Part shown: in pieces, positions 9,247 to 18,765 of the stretch
Layout of the letters: every line of letters starts with the position of its first letter
Position numbering within the stretch: the first letter of the stretch is position 1
Source of the DNA: a virus
Virus record (IMG/VR): IMGVR_UViG_3300033233_000015
Coordinates: 32,001-96,000 of that record
Strand: one strand, 5' to 3'
Length of the DNA: 64,000 bases
Position numbers and translations under genes: made by a program
Notes under the pieces: model-generated
Database searches by the model: none
The model's input: the letters and a program-made list of their open reading frames with translations, nothing else
Told to the model about the DNA's origin: nothing

Positions 9247-9659
9247 AAGCCCTATCCCTCCGCCAGCCGTGGGCCGCGCTCGTCGTGCACTTCGGCAAGC
9301 ACATCGAGAATCGGCGCTGGAACACCTCGTTCCGTGGCGAGTTCCTCATCCACGCGGCCAAGGGCATGACGAATCGCGAGTTCGAGGAAGCGATGGACTT
9401 CGCGTTTGAGTTGATCGGCGACAAGTGCCCGACCGAAGCGCAGCTCCGATCGATGCTCATGTTCGGTGGCATCGTCGGTCGCGCGAATCTTGTCGATGTG
9501 ATTCCCCCGCGATCGATGTTCTATCCGTCGGGCGTCGAGCGCGGGTGGCACATGCCCGAGCAGTACGGCTTCGTCCTCGAGAGCGTCGCGCCGCTGACGT
9601 TCGAACCGATGCGCGGCGAGCTCGGGTTCTTCGAGGTTCGGAAGGTGGCCAATGTCTGA
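9243..9659 (+). CDS. ASCH domain protein
   Basis: KALSLRQPWA...GKHIENRRW..RGEFLIHA. Confidence 0.9.
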   Translation: MKALSLRQPWAALVVHFGKHIENRRWNTSFRGEFLIHAAKGMTNREFEEAMDFAFELIGDKCPTEAQLRSMLMFGGIVGRANLVDVIPPRSMFYPSGVERGWHMPEQYGFVLESVAPLTFEPMRGELGFFEVRKVANV

Positions 9660-12270
9660 CTACCGCATCCTCCAAGGCGACGCGCTCGAGCGTCTTCGCG
9701 AACTGCCGTCCGACTCGTTCGACGCGATGCTCTGCGATCCGCCGGCCGGAATTTCGTTCATGAACAAAAAGTGGGATGGCGATAAGGGCGGACGCGATCA
9801 GTGGATCGCGTGGCTCGCCGACGTCATGCGCGAGGCGAGGCGATGTTTGAAGCCTGGCGCGTACGCGCTCGTGTGGGCGCTTCCCCGCACGTCGCACTGG
9901 ACCGCGATGGCGATCGAGAACGCGGGCTTCGAGGTGCGCGATGTCGTCACGCATGTCTTCGGGTGTCTGAGCGATGACACCGAAATACTGCTCGATTCAG
10001 GGTGGACCCGCTACCGTAATATCGACGAAGGTGATCTCGCACTTTGCTACGATGCGGAGCATGACGAGTTCCGATGGCAGCGCGTCGAGGAAGTCGTCTC
10101 CTACGCCTACGCGGATACCGCCTTCCGTATTCGCTCGGATCGTACAGACCAGCTCGTCTCCCGCGAGCACCGCTGCCTCGTTGAACGAGATGGAGGCTAC
10201 GCTTTCGCGCGAGCAGACTCACTGGAACGCGAAGCGCGTGTACCCGTTCTGGAAGACGTGCACGAACTGCTCGCAGCCCTTCCCGTGCCATACGAGGGAA
10301 CAGGCGGTTCGGAACGCATCGTGTGCGGGGTGTCACGGATCGCTCATCTCGAAGGCGAAAAAGGGTGTCTACCGAACGCCCGCAGCGACATGCCTGCATT
10401 GTCGCAAGACGTTCCGTCGTCATCGAGGTCAGCCGACATCGCGCGCGAAATACTGCACCAAAAAATGTTGGGGAGCTGCACGGTCAGCGGACCCGAAGTT
10501 CGCGGCGAAGATGCGGAAGATCGGGGCATTGGGTCGGTCGGGATGGACGGCCGCGAGCGCGGACTCGTATCGGGAGAAGATGAGCGGAGCGAAGAATCCG
10601 GCCTGGCGGGGCGGAGTCACTTTCAAGCGGAACAAGGGGAACTACATCGGGCCGAAGTACGTGAGATGTCCGAAGGTGTTCGCCAAGATGTCGCGCAAGG
10701 ACGGCTACGTGATGGAGCATCGACTAGTCGTCGCTCAGCAGATCGGTCGCTCGCTGACGCGCACGGAGTCAGTGCACCACGAAGACCACAACACGCGGAA
10801 CAACTCACCATCGAACCTTCTGCTCTTCGCGACGAACCGAGATCACAAGCTGTACGAGGCGCACGGTTCACCCGCACCGATCTGGCGACTGTAGAGCCCG
10901 TTCTGTACGAGGGCATCGTCTGGTGCGTTCGGGTGCCGACGGGGGCGTTCGTCGCGCGTCGTAACGGCAAGGCGTTCGTCACGGGTAATTCTGGTTTCCC
11001 GAAGTCGCTCGATCTGTCGAAAGCGATCGACGCGCACTTCGGCGCCGAGCGCGAGGTCGTCGGCACGCGAACGCTGACGGGCAACGCAGCGGTCTCGACG
11101 AAGGAGAAGGGCGGCACGTACGGTGTGCAAGTCGGCACCGCGCCGGCGAAAGAGGTCGATGTGACGACGGCGGCGACGCCAGAGGCCGCTGCGTACGACG
11201 GCTACGGCACGGCGCTGAAGCCCGCCTCCGAGCACTGGATCCTCGCGCGCAAGCCGCTCGAGGGGACGTACGCGGAGAACGCGTTGAAGTGGGGGACGGG
11301 AGGGATCGCGATCGATGCGTGCCGCATCGGATACGCCAGCGAGGGCGATCAAGCAGCAGCAGCGCAACGAGCGTGCCACGATCAGAACGCGGGTCGCACG
11401 GCCTACGGCGACTTCAACAACGGCGCAGCGTCGCTGCCTGGCTACTTCGAGAAGCAGGCGCTCGGCCGATGGCCCGCGAACCTCATGCTGTCGCACGCGG
11501 ACGGGTGCGAGCGGACCGGCTCGTCGACGTCGATACGATCCGTACCGCGCGGCGTCTCGGTGCGAAATAACAAGAACGCGATCTACGGCCCTGGCCTCGG
11601 CGGTCGGCCGGAAAAGGTCGAAGAGGTCGAAGAGGTCGAAGAGGTCGAAGAGGTCTTCTCGTGCGTCTCGGGATGCCCTGTCAAGCTCCTCGACGAACAG
11701 AGCGGCGATCGTCCCGGCATGTCCGGCGGCGGCGCGCACCACTCGGAGTACGAGGGCGGCATGTTCGGCGCGATCGACTCGACGTCGACGGCGCGCGCGG
11801 ACACGGGCGGCGCGTCGCGCTTCTTCTACGTCGCCAAGGCCAGCCGCTTCGAGCGCGAGCTCGGATGCGAACATCTTCCGAAGAAGTCGGCGGGCGAGAT
11901 GGTCGATCGCGAGGACGAGAGCGACGGTATGAAGAGCCCACGCGCTGGCGCGGGCCGCACGGGCGGAGCGCGCAACCATCACCCCACGATCAAGAGCGTC
12001 GCGCTCGCGACGTACCTGGCAAAGCTCATCAAGCCGCCGAAGTCCGCGAGGCTGCTCAATCCGTTTGCCGGATCGGGCACCGAGGGCATCGGCGCGATGC
12101 GCGCGGGCTTCGACGAGATCGTCTGCATCGAACTAGAGCCCGAGTACGTCGCCATCGCCGAAGCTCGCTTCGCGCGATGGTCGGAGATCCCCACGCACGT
12201 CAACCCGCAGGAGTCCAAACCCGCGAAGGTGGACGAGCGGCAGGCGTCGCTCTTCGGAGGTTCGCGATGA
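9652..12270 (+). CDS. N4-cytosine/N6-adenine DNA methyltransferase (beta class) containing an intein
   Basis: DPPAGISFM, GFPKS, ALKPASEHW, HPTIKS, NPFAGSGT. Confidence 0.85.
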   Translation: MSDYRILQGDALERLRELPSDSFDAMLCDPPAGISFMNKKWDGDKGGRDQWIAWLADVMREARRCLKPGAYALVWALPRTSHWTAMAIENAGFEVRDVVTHVFGCLSDDTEILLDSGWTRYRNIDEGDLALCYDAEHDEFRWQRVEEVVSYAYADTAFRIRSDRTDQLVSREHRCLVERDGGYAFARADSLEREARVPVLEDVHELLAALPVPYEGTGGSERIVCGVSRIAHLEGEKGCLPNARSDMPALSQDVPSSSRSADIAREILHQKMLGSCTVSGPEVRGEDAEDRGIGSVGMDGRERGLVSGEDERSEESGLAGRSHFQAEQGELHRAEVREMSEGVRQDVAQGRLRDGASTSRRSADRSLADAHGVSAPRRPQHAEQLTIEPSALRDEPRSQAVRGARFTRTDLATVEPVLYEGIVWCVRVPTGAFVARRNGKAFVTGNSGFPKSLDLSKAIDAHFGAEREVVGTRTLTGNAAVSTKEKGGTYGVQVGTAPAKEVDVTTAATPEAAAYDGYGTALKPASEHWILARKPLEGTYAENALKWGTGGIAIDACRIGYASEGDQAAAAQRACHDQNAGRTAYGDFNNGAASLPGYFEKQALGRWPANLMLSHADGCERTGSSTSIRSVPRGVSVRNNKNAIYGPGLGGRPEKVEEVEEVEEVEEVFSCVSGCPVKLLDEQSGDRPGMSGGGAHHSEYEGGMFGAIDSTSTARADTGGASRFFYVAKASRFERELGCEHLPKKSAGEMVDREDESDGMKSPRAGAGRTGGARNHHPTIKSVALATYLAKLIKPPKSARLLNPFAGSGTEGIGAMRAGFDEIVCIELEPEYVAIAEARFARWSEIPTHVNPQESKPAKVDERQASLFGGSR
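9964..10989 (+). mobile_element. intein (342 aa) in the DNA methylase
   Basis: FG|CLSDDTEIL N-junction; block B SREHRC; VWCVRVPTGAFVARRNGKAFVTGN|S C-junction; splicing restores HVFG-SGFPKS. Confidence 0.9.
10190..10894 (+). CDS. HNH endonuclease with zinc fingers, in the +1 frame inside the intein
   Basis: CTNC, CAGC, CLHC..YCTKKC, NPAWRGG, GYVMEHRLV, VHHEDHNTRNNSPSNL. Confidence 0.85.
   Translation: MEATLSREQTHWNAKRVYPFWKTCTNCSQPFPCHTREQAVRNASCAGCHGSLISKAKKGVYRTPAATCLHCRKTFRRHRGQPTSRAKYCTKKCWGAARSADPKFAAKMRKIGALGRSGWTAASADSYREKMSGAKNPAWRGGVTFKRNKGNYIGPKYVRCPKVFAKMSRKDGYVMEHRLVVAQQIGRSLTRTESVHHEDHNTRNNSPSNLLLFATNRDHKLYEAHGSPAPIWRL
11611..11655 (+). repeat. in-frame 9-nt tandem repeat (GAAGAGGTC x4 plus one variant)
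   Basis: encodes EKV-EEV-EEV-EEV-EEV within the methylase. Confidence 0.9.
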
Positions 12271-12686
12271 CCGACCAGCGCCCCAAAGTGGTGACCGACC
12301 AGCCCGCCACCCGCACCTACAACGAGATCACTCCGTCGATGCGCGCGTTCATCGGGACGCGCGAGGTGCTTCGCCGCATCGGCTACAGAGCCGACGATCT
12401 CTACTGCATGACGGCGCGCAGCGCGAAGCTGCGCGGCGCGATCAGCGCGTTCTGCGTTCTGAGGACGCAGGGCAAGGAGTTCTCGGTCGAGCTCGGAGCC
12501 ATCGACAGCGAGCCGAAGTTCGCCGACGAGTACAAGATCATCGCGTACGTCGTCAACGCGGGCGGGATCCCGAAGCCCGATCTCGATCGCATGTATAACG
12601 AGTGCGAGGCGCGACAGAACGTCGTCGATCTGGTGATGGCGATTCAGGCAAAGGGGATCCTTCTCCCGAGCGAGATGCTTCGATGA
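12267..12686 (+). CDS. hypothetical protein
   Basis: GGAGG RBS, coupled start. Confidence 0.6.
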   Translation: MTDQRPKVVTDQPATRTYNEITPSMRAFIGTREVLRRIGYRADDLYCMTARSAKLRGAISAFCVLRTQGKEFSVELGAIDSEPKFADEYKIIAYVVNAGGIPKPDLDRMYNECEARQNVVDLVMAIQAKGILLPSEMLR

Positions 12687-13186
12687 AGTCGCCGTGGACC
12701 ATCTCGTGGAGAGCGGACCCGCGCGCGCGTGCGATCGCCGACCGCCACTACAACAGACAGAACCCTGGCTCACCGCAGTTCGTGCCGCCTGGAAAGCCGC
12801 TCGTTCTTCTGACCGACGACGCGCGCGCGCTCTGGATCTCGCACTGGCCGATCGCCGAGTACGTGAAGCACGAGTGGGCGGGCGCGTGGATGTGCACCTG
12901 CTTCCGAAACGAAGCGCGCGAGGTCTACCTGTCGAGCGATCTCATTCGCGCTGCGGTGGCGGCGACGATCGCGGAGTGGGGCACACCTCCCGAGCTCGGG
13001 ATGGTGACGTTCGTCGATCCCGAGAAGACGCACAAGAAGCGCGATCCGGGTCGCTGCTTTCGGAAAGCGGGCTTCCGCGTCGTCGGCCGCACCAAGGACA
13101 AGAACCTCGTCGCGTTGCAACTCTTGCCGTCGGAGATGCCCGAACCACTCGCGCCTCTCTCGACGCAGATCGGACTATTCGCATGA
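12683..13186 (+). CDS. putative Mom-like/GNAT-type DNA modification protein
   Basis: ADRHYNRQ, CTCFRNE, TFVDP, PGRCFRKAGF (GxxY/FxAAG-like acyl-CoA motif); inside the modification cluster. Confidence 0.5.
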   Translation: MKSPWTISWRADPRARAIADRHYNRQNPGSPQFVPPGKPLVLLTDDARALWISHWPIAEYVKHEWAGAWMCTCFRNEAREVYLSSDLIRAAVAATIAEWGTPPELGMVTFVDPEKTHKKRDPGRCFRKAGFRVVGRTKDKNLVALQLLPSEMPEPLAPLSTQIGLFA

Positions 13187-13358
13187 TGACGCCCGAACAG
13201 AACCGAGATCGAATCCTGGCGCGGATCGACGCGATCATGAACCAACCGTACAAGGCTCCCGAGCGCATCAAGTCGGAGCTCTACGCCTTCATGATCGAAG
13301 AGTTCCGCGCGTGCTCGGAAGCGACGCTGCGGGCGGTTCGTGACGGGAAGGTCAAGCC

Positions 13359-14036
13359 GTGAACAATCCGAACGCGGTCGTTCTTCTCTCGGGAGGCATG
13401 GACTCGGTGGCGGCGCTCTATTGGGCGCGGACGCGGTACGACCGCGTCTTCGCCGTGTCGTTCGACTATGGTCAGCCGAACCGCGACGCCGAACTGTACG
13501 TAGCGGGGACGTGCGCGAAGGGGCTCGACATCAAGTGGGATCGGCTCGTCCTGGCGGGGCTTCCTCGAGCGGGGCTCCTCGATCACATCGAGCCGCACAA
13601 CGACGCGAAACCGATCAACGCCGCGTTCGTGCCCGGCCGGAACCTCGTCTTCCTCACGCTGGCGGCGGGCCGTGCGACGTCTCTCTGCCCGAACGGCAAC
13701 ATCGATCTCGTCATCGGAGCGTGCGTCGACGACGCGCGCGGGTTCCCCGACTGCCGCGCGACGACGCTGGCGAAGCTCGGCGAGGCGCTGCGTGCGGGCA
13801 TGGCGAGGGAGATCCAAATCGTCTCGCCGTGGATCGATCGCACCAAGACGCAGATCCTCGACTCGCTCGACGGAGCTGCGCGTATCGCCGTCGCACGATC
13901 GTGGTCGTGCTACCGAGGCACGGGGCCGTGCGGCGAATGCTCGGCCTGCGTCGCACGCGCACGCGCGTTCGCCGCTGCGCATCTTCGCGATGAATCCTCG
14001 ATGCCCATCATGACGGGCGGGGACGGTGCGCGATGA
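13359..14036 (+). CDS. queC: 7-cyano-7-deazaguanine synthase
   Basis: LLSGGMDS, FDYGQ, VPGRN, FPDC, SWSCY, CGECSAC. Confidence 0.9.
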   Translation: MNNPNAVVLLSGGMDSVAALYWARTRYDRVFAVSFDYGQPNRDAELYVAGTCAKGLDIKWDRLVLAGLPRAGLLDHIEPHNDAKPINAAFVPGRNLVFLTLAAGRATSLCPNGNIDLVIGACVDDARGFPDCRATTLAKLGEALRAGMAREIQIVSPWIDRTKTQILDSLDGAARIAVARSWSCYRGTGPCGECSACVARARAFAAAHLRDESSMPIMTGGDGAR

Positions 14037-14758
14037 AGGCGTTCTTCGCGATCGGTGATGCGCACACGGGGATCAAGTTCCTGTCGGACAAGCGCGTCCT
14101 CTTCAGTTTCGCGTACGTCGGAACCAACTGGCTCCCGAATCACAAGCTCGCGGAGGTCTGCGCGGGCTCGCCTGAGGTGATGATCGATTCTGGCGTGTTC
14201 ACGGCCTGGAAGCAGGGGAAGACCATCGAGCTCGAAACGTACGTCGATTGGCTCAAGAACACCGCGCCAGCGTTTCGGTGGTGCATGGCGCTCGACGTCA
14301 TCACGGACGCGAAGGCGTCGCTCGCGCAGTGGCGCAAGATGATCTCCTCGGCGCCGACGCTCGCCTCCAGCATCGTGCCGGTGTGGCACGAAGGCGATCC
14401 GCTCGACATCCTCGACGAGTACGTCTCGCTCTCGGAGCTCGTCGCTCTCGGCCGCATCGAGGGTCGCCGATCGGAGCAGAAGACGTACGAGTTCTACGAC
14501 GCGGCGTTCAATGCCTACCCTGAGGGCAGGTTTCACGCGCTCGGTCAAGCGAACCCCGTGCACCTAGAGCCGTATCCGTTCGCGTCGTTCGACTCGACGG
14601 GATGGCAGCGCGACGCAGCGTACTCGAACGCGGCGAGGTGGCCGTTCAACCGCTGCTCGAAGGAGACGCGGCTTCGCGCGTACATCGAGGCCATCGAAAC
14701 GATCGAGCACAAGCCGCCGAAGCAGTTGAGCCTCGCGATGGGGAGGAGGACGGCGTGA
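14033..14758 (+). CDS. TGT-fold / DpdA-like guanine transglycosylase
   Basis: IDSGVFT, LDVI, VPVWH, FHALG, SFDSTGW; coupled to queC. Confidence 0.7.
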   Translation: MKAFFAIGDAHTGIKFLSDKRVLFSFAYVGTNWLPNHKLAEVCAGSPEVMIDSGVFTAWKQGKTIELETYVDWLKNTAPAFRWCMALDVITDAKASLAQWRKMISSAPTLASSIVPVWHEGDPLDILDEYVSLSELVALGRIEGRRSEQKTYEFYDAAFNAYPEGRFHALGQANPVHLEPYPFASFDSTGWQRDAAYSNAARWPFNRCSKETRLRAYIEAIETIEHKPPKQLSLAMGRRTA

Positions 14759-15126
14759 GCAAGCACGAAGAACGCGCGCGGCGGGTGAACGCATCGACTT
14801 GTCCCGCTCAGGAGAGCAACGATCCGAAGGATTGCAACTGCGTCGAAACACTCGTTGCCGAGTTCGACGCGGTAGAGGCGGAGGCGAAGTCCGCCGAGCC
14901 TGGCGGAGTAGATCGCATCGTGCCGCTGTCGAACGGCGACATCGAAGTATGGAGCGACGGGCACGCGCATACTTACTCGCCGACCTCACGACTCGTCGCT
15001 GCTGAGGATGATGTAGCGCGGTTGCGAACTGCGCTGACGAACATGCTGGAGACGCAACTCTCGAAGTCGAGCGAGGGTGATCGGCATCGGGACCAGGCGC
15101 GCGACGTGATGAGGAGGACCGCGTGA
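14755..15126 (+). CDS. hypothetical protein
   Basis: GGAGGA RBS, coupled GTG start. Confidence 0.45.
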   Translation: MSKHEERARRVNASTCPAQESNDPKDCNCVETLVAEFDAVEAEAKSAEPGGVDRIVPLSNGDIEVWSDGHAHTYSPTSRLVAAEDDVARLRTALTNMLETQLSKSSEGDRHRDQARDVMRRTA

Positions 15127-15304
15127 AAGATCGAGTGAGAGGCGCGCTCGTCATCGCTCTCGTGGTCGCGTACTGCATCGCGATCATGCACGACTTCTAC
15201 TATCTGCGCACCGCGCGTCCGCACGAGATCGGGTGGTGTCTGCAATGATGATCATTGGCATCGGGGGCTTGACATCGTCGACCGTTCCGTGGCATTGGTG
15301 GTTG

Positions 15305-15754
15305 GTGCCGCGCGGAGCGAAGCCAAAAATCTACGACAAGGGTCTCGTTGCGCGCGTAACCGATTTGTACGCGGGTGGGATGACGCAGACCGAAGTGGCC
15401 GCTGCGGTCGGGCTCACGCAGAAGGTCGTGTGGAAGTTGATGCTTCGTCACGGAATCAAGGCGCGCGTCGCGGCGAAACGAGATCAGCGAGGTCCGAAAA
15501 ATTCCACATGGAAAGGTGGGCAGGCTCGATATGCAGCCCTGCATCTTCGGGTCGCGACCGTTCGCGGTAAGCCGAAGCGATGCGGGGACTGCGGGACCAC
15601 GAAGGCGAAACGATACGAGTGGGCAAACCTGACGGGTCGCTACGACGACGTGAACGATTACAGACGGCTATGCGTTTCCTGTCATCACAAGATGGACGGA
15701 ACCGTCCGCAACCTTGGGGCGCACACCAAGAGAAAGGGTACTCGCCCGAGATGA
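15305..15754 (+). CDS. HNH endonuclease with N-terminal HTH
   Basis: MTQTEVAAAV HTH; WKGG, CGDCG, WANL..RRLCVSCHHKMD. Confidence 0.8.
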   Translation: MPRGAKPKIYDKGLVARVTDLYAGGMTQTEVAAAVGLTQKVVWKLMLRHGIKARVAAKRDQRGPKNSTWKGGQARYAALHLRVATVRGKPKRCGDCGTTKAKRYEWANLTGRYDDVNDYRRLCVSCHHKMDGTVRNLGAHTKRKGTRPR

Positions 15755-17152
15755 TGACGATTGGTTCATTGTTCTCGGGCATAAGTAGGCGGCCTCGAGT
15801 TGGGGCTTGAGCGCTCGGGCTTCGGCCCCGTCGTCTTCCAGTGCGAGATCGATCCGTTCTGCCGCAGCGTGCTCGCAAAGCACTGGCCCGACGCAAAGAG
15901 GTATGAGGATGTCCGATCCATTGACGAGTCCGCTCCACGAGTCGACGTCCTCTGCGGAGGATTCCCTTGCACGGACATCAGCGTCGCTGGAAGGGGAGCG
16001 GGACTCGAGGGAGAGCACTCCGGGCTCTGGTTCGAGTTCGCTCGCATCATTCGCGTTCTACGACCGCGGATCGTTGTTGCCGAAAACGTGGCAGCTCTCC
16101 TTGGTAGGGGAATCGATCGTATACTCGGAGACCTTTCCTCGCTCGGGTACGATGCGGAGTGGTCGACTCTACGAGCGAGCGACTTGGGCGCGCCGCACCT
16201 CAGGGATCGCGTCTTCATCATCGCGTGGAGGGTGGCCGACGCCGACGGCGAACGACTGGAAGGGGCCGAACCTCAGCGGGAGCGGGACGGCGAGCTCGAA
16301 CTCGCTGTCGACGAAGGTAGCGTTGTGGCCGACGCCGAACGCAGCGAGGGGGCAGACGCTCCCCGAGGAAGCGTCGGACACGGGAGCGATGCCCGACGGC
16401 TCGAAGCGTCAGTTCGGTCTTCGCGAAGCGGTGAAGCGATCGACATGGCCGACGCCACGAGCTCACGATGCGGAGTCGCCGGGCGGATTCGATCGAGCGA
16501 CGGAGGGCGGCCCGAGCTTGGCGACGGCGGTGCGATTGTGGCCGACGCCCGACGCTTCGATGGTGACGGGCGGTCGGACGCTGCCGTCGGACTGCTCGGA
16601 TACGGGGCGCATGCCCGACGGGACGAAGAGACAGATGGGGCTGCGCGAGGCGGTGAAGCGCTCGACGTGGCCGACGCCGACAGCGGGCGATGCGAAATCA
16701 TCGGGATCGAGGAACCTCGAAGGCTCGGATGCACATCAGGGGATCTCGCTGACGGATCTGGTGCTGCACGGAGGCTCGACGATCGGCCGCCGTGGGACGA
16801 CGACGTGGCCGACACCGAGCGCGACGCCGTACGGATCGAGTCAGAACGGGGTGAACAGCGACAGACCGAGTGCGGGGACTCCGTCGCTCGAGACGAGCGC
16901 GAAGAAGGAGGGCGGCGTCCTGAATCCGTCGTGGGTCGAGTGCCTGATGGGATTTCCGATCGGGTACACCGATGGCCTGCCGGTCCCGACGAAGAGCAGT
17001 ACGAGTGGGAGCCGCCGCGCGCGCTCCCCAAAGGCCGACACCCCAACCGAGCCGCACGACTGAAGGCGCTCGGCAACGCGGTCGTGCCGCAGCAGGGCGA
17101 GGTTGTCGGTCGAGAGGTGCATCGGATTCTTGCTGAGCGAGGTGTGATGTGA
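15751..17152 (+). pseudogene. C5 cytosine DNA methyltransferase alpha chain with a 4-nt insertion in motif I
   Basis: MTIGSLFSGI + [AGTA 15784-15787] + GGLELGLE; GGFPCTD, ENV, RDRVF, RLKALGNAVVPQ. Confidence 0.75.
15807..17063 (+). CDS. overlapping +1-frame methyltransferase beta chain (WPTP repeats, motif IX-like); start uncertain
   Basis: six WPTP units and LNPSWVECLMGFPIGYTD. Confidence 0.7.
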   Translation: MSARASAPSSSSARSIRSAAACSQSTGPTQRGMRMSDPLTSPLHESTSSAEDSLARTSASLEGERDSRESTPGSGSSSLASFAFYDRGSLLPKTWQLSLVGESIVYSETFPRSGTMRSGRLYERATWARRTSGIASSSSRGGWPTPTANDWKGPNLSGSGTASSNSLSTKVALWPTPNAARGQTLPEEASDTGAMPDGSKRQFGLREAVKRSTWPTPRAHDAESPGGFDRATEGGPSLATAVRLWPTPDASMVTGGRTLPSDCSDTGRMPDGTKRQMGLREAVKRSTWPTPTAGDAKSSGSRNLEGSDAHQGISLTDLVLHGGSTIGRRGTTTWPTPSATPYGSSQNGVNSDRPSAGTPSLETSAKKEGGVLNPSWVECLMGFPIGYTDGLPVPTKSSTSGSRRARSPKADTPTEPHD

Positions 17153-17895
17153 TCGCGCTGTTCAGGCGGGGCACCCTCAAGCTCGAAATGTATCTCGTGG
17201 ACGCCTTCGGAAATAGGCTTCCAACGAACCAAGGAATCGCCGTCGCTGGCTATTTCCCGAGTCTTCCGCCGACACCAGCGCCGACGGGGATCCCCGTCTT
17301 GTCGCCAGGCAGGCGTCTCTGCTCTGGCTGCCAGCAGGTTCGACCCCTCGCCGAGTTCGGTTACGGCGGTCACGACGGCCACGCGCGCGCCGCGCGATGC
17401 GCGTCGTGTCGCCGCGCGAATCCGTACGCTCGCATGGGTGAACGCGAGTGCGAACGATGTGGATGTCGAACCGACGCCGCTGGTGGCGTCTGTCGATTCT
17501 GTCAGGAACGAGAAGGTCAGAAGGAGAACGATCATGGATAAGAAAGAGTTGTGGCTCAGGTTTGCGTGTGCGGCTTTGGCGAACCTCGAGACGGGAGACG
17601 ACATCGACGACGACGCGGAAGACGTCGCGAAGCTCGCCGACGCGATGGTCGAGGAGTACGAAGAGCGGTTCGCCACCCCCCGTCGGCGCCGCGGCAAAGA
17701 AGGAGACTGATCGATGGCTCAGTTCTTCGTGCCGATCGACGTCGCGATCGAAGCTCGTGATCGCGAAGACGCCTTTCGTCAGGCGAGCAGCGTCCAAGCG
17801 CTCGTGAAGAACCCCTTCGTCCGAGGTCAACTCGAGAACGAGGGGGTTCAGGTCAAGAAGATCACCGTCTTCATGCCGCAAGAGAAACCGAGGGT

Positions 17896-18765
17896 GTGAC
17901 CATGGGAACGAAAGATACTCGCGCGGCACACGGGGCTTCGGGCAAGAGGGACGTCCTCTTGTTCGATCCCGACGACTTGGTGCTCGTCACCGATCCGAGC
18001 CACCCGCTCTACCAGCCGTCGGTCAACGCTCCGCCCGAAGAGGCCGACGTGCTCAACATCATGCACTACGGCATCATCGAACCGATCGTCGTGCGCAAGA
18101 ATCCCGAGACGGGCGAGACCGAGGTCGTCGCGGGACGGACGCGAACCAAGGCGCTTCGCGAGGCGAACCGCCGCCTCAAGGCGCGAGGCGACAAGCCGCA
18201 CATGATGCCAGCCATCGCCAAGCGCGGTGAGATTTCGATGCTCGCGGGCGTCATGGTGAGCGAGAACGCCATCCGACGCACGTACTCCCCCATGGAGCGC
18301 GCGAACGAGATGAAGAAGCTCGCCGACATGAACTTCTCGGACGAGGACATCGCCGTCACGTTCGGGCTGAAATCGGTCACGAGCGTCAAGACGGCGATGG
18401 CGGTCCTCGACGCGACCAAGACGGTGCGTGACGCCGTCGACTCGGGCAAGGTCACGTTCGCGCAGGCCGCGAAGCTGGCGTCACTGCCGCCCGACGATCA
18501 GCGCGCGAAGATCGAGGAGATCGACAAGATCGGCGCCGTCAACGGCAAGCGCAACGGCAGCGCGCGACAGCGAGCTCAGTTCGTCAACGATGGCCCCGTC
18601 GCTCGCGGCAAGCGAGAAGTCGAGAAGAAACTCGAAGCGCTCAAGGGAGAAGACGTTCCCGCGAAACTCGACGCTCACCGAGTTCGGCACTGGCGAGAGG
18701 CGCTTGAGTGGTATCTCGGCGAGGAGAACGCGCTCTGTTCGGTGGTGGCGAGCGATGGCGACTAG
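17896..18765 (+). CDS. ParB/Srx-like nuclease-domain protein with HTH
   Basis: GIIEPIVVR, VAGRTRTKA, ENAIRRTYSPMERA. Confidence 0.8.
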   Translation: MTMGTKDTRAAHGASGKRDVLLFDPDDLVLVTDPSHPLYQPSVNAPPEEADVLNIMHYGIIEPIVVRKNPETGETEVVAGRTRTKALREANRRLKARGDKPHMMPAIAKRGEISMLAGVMVSENAIRRTYSPMERANEMKKLADMNFSDEDIAVTFGLKSVTSVKTAMAVLDATKTVRDAVDSGKVTFAQAAKLASLPPDDQRAKIEEIDKIGAVNGKRNGSARQRAQFVNDGPVARGKREVEKKLEALKGEDVPAKLDAHRVRHWREALEWYLGEENALCSVVASDGD

